Assembly (NCBI GenBank): GCA_951406725.2
Contig: OX597831.1
Location: 75,888,001-75,952,000, forward strand
Direction of reading: 5' to 3'
Length of the DNA stretch: 64,000 nt
From: Octopus vulgaris
Lineage: Eukaryota
The position numbers were made by a program, and so were the translations under genes. How positions within the stretch are numbered: position 1 is the stretch's first letter; each line of letters begins with the position of its first letter. Under the pieces are notes generated by a model. It saw only the letters and a program-made list of their open reading frames with translations, searched no databases and was not told where the DNA came from. Positions 13,175 through 25,830 of the stretch are shown in pieces.

Positions 13175-14955
13175 CAATGGTTTCGAATTTTGGCACAAGG
13201 CCAGCAGGCTCGGGGGTTGGGTGGCGGCTAAGTCGATAAAATCGACCCCAGTGCTCGACTGGTACTTAATTTGTTGTGCCCGAAAGGTTGAAAAGCAAAG
13301 TCGACCTCAGCGGAATTTGAACTCAGAACGTAAAGACGGGCGAAATACTGCTAAGGCTTTCGCTCGGTGTGCTAACGATTCAACCAGCAATTTTTTTTTT
13401 GCTATAAGCTCAAGGCTTGAAATTTTGTGGGGGAGGTCAAGTACTGAGCATTGAGCTCAGTACTTGACTGGTACTTTGTTTTATCGACCCCGAAAGAATA
13501 AAAGGCAAAGTTGACCTCAACGGGATTTGAACTCAAAAACATTCTTCTGCCCCAGTGTCTTATAACTGGTTTTGATATTCATACAAGGCCTGTCGTTTAA
13601 GAGTTTGGTTATGATTGATTAAATCGATTCCAATATCCTGAAGGATACTATGGCCGCAAGCTAGCAGAGTTGTTAGCACGCCGGACGAAAAGCTTAGCGA
13701 CATTTCATCCGTCTTTACGTTCTGAGTTCAAATTCCACCGAGGCCGACTTTACCTTTCATCCTTTCGGGGTCGATAAAGTAAGGACCAGTTGTGTACTGG
13801 GGGCCGATGAAATCGATTTAACCCCTCCCTCGAAATTGCTGGCCTTGTGTCAAAATTTGAAAACGATATTTGACGGAGACTACTTTATTTTATCAAATCC
13901 AAGACAGATAAGCATTTCAGGTCGACCTCGGGAGGGTTTGAACCCAGAACCATAAGGCATAAAACCTTAATTCATTTCGTCTGAAATTTTGGAGGGAGTG
14001 GGTAGTCGATTACATCGACCTCAGTATGCAGCTGGTACTTTATTTCATCGACCTTGGCGGAATTTGAATTTAGAACGTAAAGACGGACGAAACGCTCTAT
14101 CGATTCTGCTAATTCGCCATTCTTTTAGTACCAATAATATAATGTATATAGTAAGGTAGTGAATGAAAAAAATCGGTGGAGTGCTGAGCTATGATCATTT
14201 TTAGTGGCCCCGAAAGAATAAAAGACAAAGTTGACCTCAACGGGATTTGAACTCAAAAATATTCTTCCACCCCAGTGTCTTATAACTGGTTTTGACATTC
14301 ATACAAATCCTGTCATTTAAGGCTTAGCGACATTTCGTCCGTCTTTACGGTCTGTGCTCAAATTCCACTCAAGGCCCAAAACTTTTGAGGAGGGGTCCAG
14401 TCGATTAGATCGACCCCAGTAGGCAACTGGTACTTAATTATTCTACCCCGAAAGGATGAAAGGCAAAGTCGACCTCGGCGGAATTTGAATTCAGAACGTA
14501 AAGACTGACGATATACCGCTAAACATTTCACCCGGCGTGCTAACGTTTCAGCCAGCTCGCCGCGTTAAATATTACATTCTTTTCTACTCTAGGCGCAAAA
14601 CCCGAAATTTTGGGAGGGGACCAATCGATTAGATGGACCCCAGTACGCAACTGGTGCTTAATTTATCAACCCCGAAAGGTTGAAAGTCAAAGTTGACCTC
14701 GGCGGAATTTGAACTCAGAACGTAAAGACATACGAAATACCGGCAAGCATTTCATCCGGCGTGCTAACGTTTCTGCCAGCGGGGCATTGGAAAATTTGGT
14801 AGAGCAAAAGGCCTTGCGTTCTGAGATCAAATACCACCAAGATCAACTTTGCCTTTCATCCTTTCGGGGTCAATAAAATAAGTACCAGTTGAGTACTGGG
14901 GTCGATGTAATCAACTAACTCCCCTCGGCGTTCTCAAATTAGAAAGAATTATTAT
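13175..14955. mobile_element. Cluster of about 8 SINE family B copies or fragments in both orientations
   Basis: Repeated GGCGAGCTGGCAGAATCGTTAGCACGCCGG...GAGTTCAAATTCCGCCGAGGTCGACTTTGCCTTTCATCCTTTCGGGGTCGATAAA..AAGTACCAG at ~13175-13390(-), 13400-13540(-), 13650-13865(+), 13880-14110(-), 14370-14565(-), 14580-14780(-) and 14815-14950(+). Confidence 0.85.
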
Positions 14956-15796
14956 AATTATGTGAGCAAGTGATGTGTGTAAAATGAATTGCTTTCAACA
15001 GTGTGTGGAAACTGTGTCGCAGATTGGAAGCAATTTCCTTCAGTTCCCTTGGAAACGTTATGAACAACTCGAGTTCTTCATGCGTTCACATGTTACCGAA
15101 ATAGACTCTGCAGGTTCACACGACCTGCTAGTAATAGCAACTAAATCCTCTTAAAACACATACTGCTATTTTTAAAAAGAAGGATATATTGAATAATGTC
15201 ATGCAATTTTAGACCCTTTATACTTCTGACCCTTATGTTCTAGAACCTTGACAAACCATTTTACATCGTGCTTCTTTCTTTGCTATGTAACCCTGTCACC
15301 TACTCTTTTAGTTATCTGGTAGAATTCTCTGCCCCCTTCATTTTCTCCTGTCTTTTCAGGCCAGTCCCTTCGCTTTTGTTGCTCTTACTTTCTCACGGTC
15401 CCACCACCAAGTTAATCTCGGTCTGACTGAGACTTAGTCGCAGTCACAGATTTAGTCTATTGCTCTCAGTAGGAACTTCCAGTAATCCTCTATGTCATAC
15501 GATACTAACTAGTCCATCCTCTTTGTTAAAATCGTTCTTTCTCTATATACACTCGGTGACCCTAAAGCAGGTTTACAGTTATCACACAGTCACTTTAAAT
15601 TTCTTTTAAAACCTTTTATTACAATTAAATTTGTATCTTGCAAATTGAAAAGGGAGCTTGACAAAATTACCTAAATTATTATAGAATAATGGTTTCTAAT
15701 TCTTTTTATAATTAAGATCTAAACTGTTAATATATGAACGCGAAAGAGAATGTAGAATAACTGTAAACCTACTTTGGGGCCACCCGGTATATAGGC

Positions 15797-15970
15797 ACAG
15801 GCGTGGCTGTGTGGTAAGAAGCTTACTTCCCAAACCACATGGTTCCGGGTTCAGTGCCACTGCGTGGCACCTTGGGCGAGTGTCTTCTACTGTAGCCTCG
15901 GACCGACCAAAGCCCTGTGAGAGGATTTAGTAGACAGAAACTGAAAGAAGTCCATCGTGTATATACGTAT

Positions 15971-16022
<52 letters not shown>

Positions 16023-16380
16023 CAAAATAAGAAAATGGAGAAATACACATTAATCAATAATCAACTAGCAGATAATACCCAATCACATAATTTATTAACC
16101 CACTACATATGAACATTCGAGCAAAACTCAATTTATATATATATATATATATATATAGTTACGTATGTATGTTTTTGTGTCTGTGTTGGTCCCCCACCAT
16201 CGCGCTTGACAACCGATGTTGGTGTGGTTATGTCCTCGTAACATAGCGGTTCGGCATAAGAGACCGGTAGAATAAATACTAAACTTTACAAAGAATAAAT
16301 CCTGGGGTCGATTTCTTCGACCAAAGGTGGTGCTCCAGCATGGCCGTTATCAACTGACTGAAACATATAAAAGTGTAAAA
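15797..16380 (+). mobile_element. SINE family A, interrupted by ~110 bp of unrelated sequence in its internal TA tract
   Basis: Head at 15797-15958, tail at 16170-16380; the insert at ~16020-16132 is flanked by (TA)n. Confidence 0.8.
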
Positions 16381-16624
16381 AAGTATGTATGTATGTATGT
16401 ATGTATGTATGTATGTATGTATGTATGTATGTATGTATGTATGTATGTATGTGTGGGCATGTGCATGTGTTTGTGCACGCGTGTATCCCTCCCATCGCCT
16501 GACAACCACTGCTGGTTTGTTTACGTCCTTCGTAACTCAGCGTTTTCGGCAAAAGAGATCAACAGAATGAGTAGCAGACTTTAAAAAAATATGTACTGCG
16601 GTCTGTTTGTTCGACTTTAACTCT

Positions 16625-17503
16625 GTTAATTTCGCGCATGCGCTTTGTTTTTTATTTTGTCGACTGTGCAGTATAGTAGAGTCAGTTGGGCACCGTCTGT
16701 GAGAAAAGAAACAGCACCATGATGCTATTCATTCTGCCAGAAATTTGGAAACAACATCCTATACTGCTTGACATTTGCACCGGAAGCTCCAATAGGAACA
16801 TTTCAGTGTGTTTGGGTGTCTATCTGAGGACAGCGCAGAGGATTCGGAAAGAGTTGGATGAGTCTAATGGTGATTCCGAAGGTACGGAAGCTCGGAAAAC
16901 TCACTCTGATCGTTCTGATAAGAAAAGAACTCCTGAATTTGTTGGTGAGATTCAGGCCATGATTGACAACGATCCCTCCAAGTCAATCAGGTCCATCACC
17001 ATGGACATGGGAGTGTCTGAGTTTCTTATCAGGCAGGTAGTGCGTGAAGACATTCGGTATTCTTCATACAAGATGAGAAAGGGCCAATTTTTATCCCAAG
17101 CCATCAACAACAAGAGGAAAGGCCGTGCTACGAAGCTTTTGAACAAACTGGAGCTTCTATCCAACCGAACATGCTTTGGTTTTTCTCAGACGAGAAAAAT
17201 TTCTACCAGTATCAGATGGTGAACTCACAGAACAACCGCTGGCTTGTCGTGTCCCCAAAACATGTACCGGGAGTAATAAAAATCAAACATCCTGTCAGCA
17301 TCATGGTGTTTGGAGTAGTCACTAGTGATGGCGACGTTAAACCTCCACTCATCTTCACATACGTCCTCAGACTCAACACGGTGACCAACATCAAATGCCT
17401 GGAGGAGGTAGTGCTGTCCTGGGTCAAAAGGGTGGCTGCTGGAAGACCCTATGTCTGGCAACAGGATTCTGCACCATGCCACACAAGCAGCAGAACCCAG
17501 TGA
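16625..17503 (+). mobile_element. Degenerate Tc1/mariner transposase (maT/DD37D-like), frameshifted and 3'-truncated
   Basis: ORFs 16686-17222 and 17171-17503 join across a frameshift. An HTH-like region (DNDPSKSIRSITMDMGVSEFLIRQVVREDI) precedes catalytic motifs WFFSDEKNF, KHPVSIMVFGVVTSDG and YVWQQDSAPCHTS. The third catalytic residue is lost where a SINE begins at ~17509, so the spacing cannot be counted. Confidence 0.85.
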
Positions 17504-17508
17504 CTAAA

Positions 17509-17914
17509 TTTACTCTTCTACTCTTTTATTCTTTTACTTGTTTCAGTCATTTGGCTGCGGCCATACTGGAGCACCGCCTTTAGTCGAGCAAATCGACCCC
17601 GGTACTTATTCTTTGTAAGCCCAGTACTTATCCTATCGGTCTCTTTTGCCGAACTGCTGAGTCACGGGGACGTAAACACACCAGCATCGGTTGTCAAGCT
17701 AGGGGGACAAACACAGACACACAAACACACACATACATATATACATATATACGACGGGCTTCTTTCAGTTTCCGTCTACCAAATCCACTCACAAGGCATT
17801 GGTCGGCCCGAGGCTATAGCAGAAGACACTTGCCCAAGATGCCACGCAGTGGGACTGAACCCGGAACCATGTGGTTGGTTAGCAAGCTACTTATCACACA
17901 GCCACTTCTGCGCC
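17509..17914 (-). mobile_element. SINE family A, near-complete copy abutting the transposase
   Basis: Close reverse-complement match to 59543-59950. Confidence 0.9.
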
Positions 17915-18399
17915 ATGTTTAGTATTTCAAAATATTTTAATGTAATTTTGGTAAATATATCTGTTAAAATGAGTTTTCAGCGTTATTTTCATTTTTGCGT
18001 AATTTAGACAATTTATTCACAGTACCCTGTATATACACGCGCATGCGCGATAGACTTTCAGTTTCCGCCTGACAAATCCACTCACAAGGCGTTGATCGGT
18101 CCAATGCTATAGCAGAATATATCCGTCCTGGGTGCCACGCAGTGGAACTGAACCTGGAACCGTGTAATTGAGGATCAAGCTTCTTACCATACAACCATGC
18201 TTACGCATTAAAGAGAAACTGAGAGCAGAATTCCAAGGAGAATATTATGCAAGTTAAAGATAACAGTAGTTGAGGGGAGAGTGAGAGTGAGAGTGAGAGA
18301 GAGATAGAATGGGGGAGAAGGGGTCGGGGAGAGTGTGGAACACAGAGATTTGTGGATGAAGAGCGAAAGTGTGAGAGGAAGAGAGAGGGAAAGGAACGA

Positions 18400-18765
18400 T
18401 GAGAGAGGGAAAGGCTGAGGAAGAGAAAGGTTGAGGGAGAGAAAGGCTGAGGGAGAGAAAAGGCTGAGGAAGAGAAAGGGCTGAGGGAGAGAAAGGCTGG
18501 GGGAGAGAAAGGCTGAGGGAAAGAAAGGTTGAGGGAAAGGAAGGTTGAGGGAGAGAAGGGCTGAGGGAGAGAAAAGCTGGGGGAGTGAAAGGCTGAGGGA
18601 GAGAAGGGCTGAGGGAGAGAAAGGTTGAGGGAGAGAAAGGCTGAGGGAGAGAAAGGTTGAGGGAGAGAAAGGCTGAGGGAGAGAAGGGCTGAGGGAGAGA
18701 AAGGCTGGGGGAGTGAAAGGCTGAGGGAGAGAAAGGCTGAGGGAGAGAAAGGCTGAGGGAGAGGT
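18400..18765. repeat. 16-bp purine-rich minisatellite (GGCTGAGGGAGAGAAA)n, about 22 units
   Basis: Read directly from the sequence. Confidence 0.9.
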
Positions 18766-19169
18766 AAAGTCGGGGGAAAAGAGAGAGACTCGCTGTTAAG
18801 CGGGTCTGTCACGTGATCATATTTCTGTTGATGTCGTTTCCCTTCAATATTACTTGAACGGCTGCTCTTAGAAAAAGCTAGTAGGGGCAGCTCAATGTGC
18901 TAGAAATAGTAACCAAATAGCCCTCAAATCACTCTTAATGTCTCGTAAAAAATGAATGAGGAAGGACACTGCTAATAAACAAAGTTTCCTTTGTTCGATC
19001 TAAAGACCGACTCTCACCGCCGCTGCCGTTATGCGAATCACCACTACCACAACCACCGCCACCACCACCACCACCACAACCACCACCACCGCCGCCACCA
19101 TCACCACCATCATGGAGTGGCCGGTTGTCATTAGACGCCATTCTCTTTCATCAAAAATTATTGCCTCAT

Positions 19170-20110
19170 CAAGAAAGGTCATCCAAATTGAGAGACCCAT
19201 GATAAGAGGCGCTACAGCCATGACCGTCCTACTGAGGGTTTTAGGTGAGGTATATATAGTTTTACATTATCCTCATACTTTTAGGTGTTTTACGACAGTA
19301 AAGTGTGATTTGAGGTAGATTTGGCTGCTATTTCTACCAGGCCATACAATCCTGTACCGGTTCATCAGTTTGGCAAACATACCCTTGATCTTGCAGATTA
19401 CTGGTCAAAGGCAATCCGGCCATGACCATGCCATTTGTTAGTTTATATATATATTTCATGCATTAAGGTGGCGAACCGTCCGTCTTTATGTTCCAAGTTC
19501 AAATTCCGCCGAAGTAACTGCCTTTCGTCCTTTCTGGGTTGATAAAATAAATATCGTTGGACTACTGAGGTCGATGTAATCGACTTTACTCCTTCTCCAA
19601 AATTCCAGGCCTTGCGTTTAGAGTAGAAAGTTTACATTTAATGTCAGGTGTGATTGGAAGGAGATCAGCTTGACTTTTCAAGCAAGACATGTGACCCTTT
19701 AAGGGCTCTCTCTCTTGACAGAAATGATATCGTTCAGTCCCAGGTCATCCTAGATTTTGTAGATTATTCGTCAAATGCACTCCGGCCGCGACCCTACCAT
19801 CTAATATTTCATATATGATATATTTAAATTATCTAATGAATAGTATGCTTTGGGGGAGATTTGGCCGTTTTTTCTAGCAAACCATACGACCCTCTTGGAG
19901 GTCTCTCGTTGATTCGAGCAGAGATTGTATTGTTTAGCCCTCGGTCATCATTAATCCAGCAGCTTATAACGAAAGGCACTTCGGCCATGATCATACCATC
20001 TCTGTTTTCATAGTTTGTCTAGGTTTACATTATTTAATGTTTTTCGTTTTAATTTTTTTGCCACAGAAAGGAGTTATTTAAGGGAGATTTGGCTGCCATT
20101 TCTACCATAG
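19170..20110 (-). mobile_element. Head-to-tail array of about 5 old family C repeats (SINE-like)
   Basis: The motif GAGGGAGATTTGGCTGCTATTTCTA recurs at ~19310, 19660, 19853 and 20080, alternating with AAAGGCA.TCC.GCCATGACC. Dispersed copies occur at ~4545, 8320, 10320, 15130, 43140-43560, 51950 and 60000. A family B copy is nested at ~19465-19630. Confidence 0.6.
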
Positions 20111-20125
20111 AGACCTTCTCATCCA

Positions 20126-20210
20126 CTCTACTTCATTTCCCGCTACACCAGTATAAATAACAAACAGCACAGCTGATATTTATGTTGGTGTAGCGTGAGA
20201 GGAAGTAGAG
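20126..20210 (+). ncRNA. Candidate pri-miRNA-like hairpin
   Basis: 34-bp stem with 2 mismatches and 3 G:U pairs on the + strand, a 17-nt loop, and CAAC (CNNC) at 20216-20219. No expression evidence. Confidence 0.35.
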
Positions 20211-20610
20211 ACTGACAACCCAGATTAGACCTTCCATTTGCTTGATTTTATTGGCCAATCAGTTTACTGCAGAGTAAAACGAAGATGTCGAGCAGACTGG
20301 TGATGTTAGGTGTCGGCTGCAATTAGTTCATGGAAAAGTTTATAGGGAGGATTGAATCAGTCCAGTTGTGGGTTGGGTGGAGAACCTAACGTTTTGGGCT
20401 GATGCTCTTTGTCAAAGCGTTAAGAAAAGATAGTAATTGATGCGTATCTTTTTGGCTGCGTTCAAGTAAATGATGATTGGAAGAGAGTGAAGAAGCAATG
20501 TGTAAGGGAAGCAATGTAGGGAAATGATCCAGACACAGATCGTAATTAGTCAAAACCAATCATAACACACCAATTCCTATTGGTCAACTGATACGCACAC
20601 ACACACACAT

Positions 20611-20644
<34 letters not shown>

Positions 20645-20734
20645 CTATTTATTAAATTAATATTTATAACAACTTTTCTTTTCAGTCAAACTCAGAACCA
20701 CATCTGTTACGTATTCTTAGTTATTTTAACCAAC

Positions 20735-21430
20735 TTGGGCGCCTTCACGTGGTCGCTTGATGTGCTGGAAATAATAACTAAATTTCCCTTCAATCATGCT
20801 AATAACTTTAAGTTAACAAAATGGCAGCCAGAGTTATTGGATAATGCAGTTCTCCATTTATAGGTTTCTTTGGTTTTTAAAACAGTAAAAAAAAAAAAAT
20901 TAAAAAAATGAAAGGACACATTTGATAAGGTAGTCTTAGATGCACTTTTTTCCGAAATAAAGATGGGACAGTCACGGTAGGAACATCGTTGATCATAAAT
21001 CTACTGAACCTTTAAAACATTCTGTCCGTTGTATAAAAAGAGAACGGCACATTGTGTAAGTACATACTTCTTGGAATAAAGATGGGATGGTCGCAGTTGG
21101 AACGTCTTTCATCATAAATCTGCTGGATCTTTAAAACTCTCTGTCCATTGTAGATATATAAAAAGACCGGAAAGATACAGTGGTTAATGTAGTCCTAGAT
21201 ACACTCCTCCTGAAATAAAGTTGGGATGGTCACGTACAGAATACTGTTCATCACAAGTCTACTGGAACTCTTGGAAATTTTAAACGGTCTCTACCGGTAA
21301 TTATATATAAAAAAACGGAATATAAGGACACATGTTTTATAAAAAAACAGGATGGTCATGGTTAGATTGCTTTTGATCCCTGATCTTCTCAATAAGATCT
21401 GACCTGGGGCTAAACCACAAGAGCATCGTG
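20735..21430 (+). repeat. Family C element with an internal ~120-140 bp module tandemly repeated about 4 times
   Basis: AATAAAGATGGGATGGTCAC-like units at ~20956, 21075, 21215 and 21345, ending in GACCTGGGGCTAAAC. Confidence 0.65.
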
Positions 21431-21924
21431 AACAATAGCAAAAACATTTACTAATTTCTTTTTCTGAAAAAATTGGCTTTGAAGTCAACATGAGTGAGAT
21501 TGTATCAAATAGTATTTATTGATTTTTTCCCTTTTTGGTGGAGGGGAGGAGGAGGAGATGAAGTTTAAAAAATGTAAAAAAAAATATGGCCGATAGTGTG
21601 AAGAACGACAGATGTCGCTACATCGTCCCTTTCTGTATAACGATATGGTTTTGCAGAATATTCTCAATTTTAACAAGAAGATCGATATTTTTCTTTCGAA
21701 TAAATATGAAGATTCTGCCAAAACAAGCATAACCACCATTATCATCATCAGCAACAATAATATCAATAACAAGGATTTAGTTAAATTCAATAGGAAACGA
21801 TATCCATATCCGTTTTCTCTCCAAGACAATACAATAAATTCCTGATTTTGCTCCAAATAGAAATATCCGACCAATTCGCAATTTCTCACGTAAATTAAAT
21901 CTTACTGACAAACAGTCCTTCTTC

Positions 21925-22092
21925 CCATATCAAACCGGTTCCGTCTTCGCATATTAAACCGGTTCCGTCATTGCACATCAAGTCGGTTTTTGCTCTGCAT
22001 GTCAAACCGGTTCTGTGTTTGCATATCAAACCAGTTCCATCTTCACATATCAAACCAATTTCGTCTTTGCATATCAAACTGATTCCATCTTG
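21925..22092. repeat. Degenerate 24-bp minisatellite (CATATCAAACCGGTTCCGTCTTCG), about 7 units
   Basis: Read directly; produces the GTGLICED and HIKPVPSS peptide repeats in the ORF track. Confidence 0.85.
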
Positions 22093-23056
22093 TGCAGAAG
22101 TCAACTTTAAATGCCAAGCGGTCAAAGTAACTTCGGCCAGACGACAGATATTCTTTTGTACCTTGTTCAATCACTTAAGTTGTCATTTGAAGGTGAAAAA
22201 AAGGGGTGGGGTGGAGAATATGTGTGTGGTGGTGGATAATTATAACTGAAGATAGAAAGTGTGTGAATTGATGCGTGATTTGGTGTCCTGGTTGGTTGGT
22301 TCGTATTGCTGTTGTTTGGTTTATATTGTCGTTAGTTTATAGGAACCATTCATTACGTCTTAGAATGGTATTCTGAGAAAGAGGTGATGTTCATCGCGAA
22401 ATTTCCGCCAACCACACAATCAAATCCATTCGCCATATTGACAATAATTAAGTTCTTATATACTATATTGATACATTTCTTTGGAAACGCACGTGCACAC
22501 ACGTTTGTTTAAGGTTATTTTTAAAGTGACCAAATAGAGCATCTCTCTCTCTTTAGGTACCATGTCCAGAATGTAGGAGAAAGGCGATCATGTCCTGCCG
22601 TAATTATCTGTTCTTTGTAACAATTCCACTTCCTGATATTTAATACCTCTTTAATACCAGTTTAGCCAGCTTGACATTATCCTCCTCCTCCTCCTCCTCC
22701 TCCTCTTCCTCGTGTTTCTTTTTCCTTCAGCCTTTTGTCATCACTAAAATCTCTAGGCCCTCTTTTCTTATCACATGATCAAAAATTCTCGGTTGCTTGG
22801 CCCTTATCTCATGAAGCAGTTTCCTATTTAACGCAACCCGGGTCATCACCTCTTCATCAGACACTTTGTCTTTCTATGGTTTCCTCAATATTCTCCTCAA
22901 GAACCACACTTCACAGTTCTCGAAGAACCTTCTCATTTCCGATGTTAAAGACTGTGCTTCGCTTCCGTACATTAACGCAGTAGAACCAAGACTATTTGAG
23001 TAAACCGTCAGGCGAGACAAAATCCTTGTCATAAAGAAGTTTACAATTCACGCACG

Positions 23057-23117
<61 letters not shown>

Positions 23118-23127
23118 CTATGTGCAG

Positions 23128-23162
<35 letters not shown>

Positions 23163-25547
23163 GAGAGAGAAAGAGAGAGCAAGCGAGAGGTACAACTAAT
23201 TTTTGACAGTGGAACTAGAGTAACGTGAAATAAAGTGTCTTGCTCAAGGACACAACGCGTCGCCGGGAATTAAATTCATGACCTTACGATTATGAGCCGA
23301 ACGCTCTATTCACTAAGCCACACGCCTTCACACGTAAGTGGCCGAGTATTCCACAGAGTGTTCCAGGTATAATCCATTGAACAGGCTCAGTGTCAGTCAC
23401 AAAGTAATGATCGACCCGAGGCTACGAAAACGAATCAGGAAATGACATTTGCACAAGACGTAAGGCAGTGGGACCGAACCCAGAATCTCGTGAATGCAAA
23501 ACAAACTTCTTAACCATTCAGCCTTTCTGCACTTACTACCACTAGTGTGTGTGTGTGTGTGTATCCTGGACAGAGACATTTTAATGTTGACAGCCACGCC
23601 ATCTAGCGGCAAATTGATGGCTTTAGTGCAAGGACACAGCTGTAGGCAATGATAATACAGCATCATTGACTAATATTTCATTCTACATTCGCGAGTAATC
23701 AAGGCCCTAACTCATAGCATATCATTCCTCTCACAAAAGGACCAGTATCAATTTCATTGAGACACGATACTACAGTGAGGTAGTACAATGACCCGTTCTA
23801 TAGTGGTATCGTTCTATCAACAACTAATTTATGACGACATCGTTCTATGATGAAAGTCTTTTTTTTTTTTATGAGAATCACAGCACAAACTATTTTTACA
23901 TTCACAGTGCCGGCAGAAAAACATTTAAAAAATTACAAATTCAAAAATGCAAGCATAAAAAAAAATCAAAGAATGACAAATAAAATCAACGTAAAATTTG
24001 ATAAGTTGTGTGTGTATGTGTATAAGCATGTGTGTGTGTGTCTGTATTTGAGTAATGCGTGTATGTGTGTTCTTTGGTATTGGGGAAGTGTGTGTGGAGT
24101 TGGTATTGGGGGAAAGAATGGAGGGAATTTATCTGCTGTTGGATCAATAATTTTAGTTTTTACTACGTTTTACTATTCTTTACACAAATATTGTCCCTCT
24201 CTCTGTCTCTTTGCCTCTCTCTCTCTCTCTCTCTCTGTCGCTTCCTCTTCTTTCATTCTCTCTCTCTCTCTCTCTCTCATCTCTCTCCAAGTCTGCATTA
24301 CTCGATGGCAATGGGGCAGATAATAGGCATATAAAAACTACTCGTCATCACGAACCAATGAGAAATACTCTACGCAGTCGAGGTAGTTCGACCAAATACA
24401 AATAACAGTTAAATCACCCTTGGATCACATCTTACAGCAAAGACTTAAATATACCATTCTCGCAACAACAAAAAGAAAAAAGAAAAGAAAATAAGAGAGG
24501 ATATATTGGCCATCCAAACTCGAAAACCTTTCAACATAAGTGTCGTCAACAAGGGCCTAGACCTAACTAAAACCTTTACATCCAGCTAATTTGATCATAC
24601 ATCTGGTCAAATAACTATCATGTATTTACTGAAATATATAAATAACTTTATCATATATCTGCTAAAATATATAAAACCACTCCATTTTAGTCAGAAATAT
24701 AAGGCATCAGCGTCAAGTTAACTCTTCCCATCTCCAGAATACTGTTTAGTTTTTTTTCTTCTTGAATATTTACATTTATATAGTTTCTTTGTTTTATTGA
24801 ATTTTCTTTTTCTTTTATAAAAAAAAAACTCAAGGCTTGCTTCAAATGATTCTTTTTGTTTTTTGGAATACTGTGTAATTTTTAATTTTTAGTCGCCGAT
24901 ATTTTTTTTTACTTCTTCCTCTTTTTCTTCTAGTCTCCTTTGTGCATCGTTTTTATCTCTTTTAATAAACGTGCATGATCTCATCATCAAAATTCTAGTC
25001 CCTAATACGATGGCACTATTGCCAAACTAACATTGATGTTTGTAATTAATCAAATCCCGTTTCGGTTAACTCTCTCTCTCTCTCTCTCAGTATTTCCCTA
25101 TCTCTCTTTGTCTTTCACACACACACACACACTAACACACACATACTCACTAAAAATCTTCGCTATTCTCTTGATCTAAAAGAGATTAATGGTCCATAAC
25201 GCATGCCGACAAAAGACTGCTCCACAAATACGCTTTGATAAAGTTTAAAAATCTCCAGAGAGTCTTAACACACCAATAACAACTGGCTCGACACACTAGT
25301 ACGGCAGGCAAAGCAACAACAACAATATCAACAACAACAAAGAAAATATTTCGAAAAGTGTGAAGCAAAGAGATAATTTAACAAATTATTCTATGAAAAT
25401 TTGAAAAAATTTTAGACTTGGATTTAAAATTTTTTAACCCCCTACCACAACTCTACTAAAATTTAAATATTGTAATTTTCGGATTAAAATTTAACTATTT
25501 CCTCAATAAACTTGGAACTATATTGAATTTTCACTTTTTTTTACAAA

Positions 25548-25830
25548 TTTTAAATTTTTGCACCAACAATTTATATTTTTGCACCAAGATTTTATAATTT
25601 TGCACCAACAATTTATATTTTTGCACCAACGATTTATAATTTTGCACAAACAATTTATAATTTTGTACCAACAATTTATAATTTTGTACCAACGATTTAT
25701 AATTTTGTACCAACGATTTATATTTTTGTACCAACAATTTATAATTTTGCACCAACAATTTATATTTTTGCACCAACAATTTATAATTTTGCACTAACAA
25801 TTTATATTTTTGCACCAACAATATATATAT
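25548..25830. repeat. 21-bp minisatellite (TTTATAATTTTGCACCAACAA), about 13 units
   Basis: Read directly; gives the LLVQKYK heptad ORF at 25531-25905(-). Confidence 0.9.

Noticed and set aside
20910-21430. Regularly spaced ~20-bp repeats resembling a CRISPR array
   Set aside because: The spacers are homologous to one another, so this is a tandem duplication of a repeat module. The context is eukaryotic and there are no cas genes.
21485-21889. 134-aa minus ORF with a signal-peptide-like hydrophobic run
   Set aside because: The hydrophobic run comes from ATC/AAC/AAT low-complexity sequence. The ORF starts at a non-ATG codon and has no recognisable domain.
25186-25296. Possible minus-strand terminal exon (CRASCYWCVKTLWRF...)
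   Set aside because: Weak acceptor, no upstream exon found and no recognisable protein.
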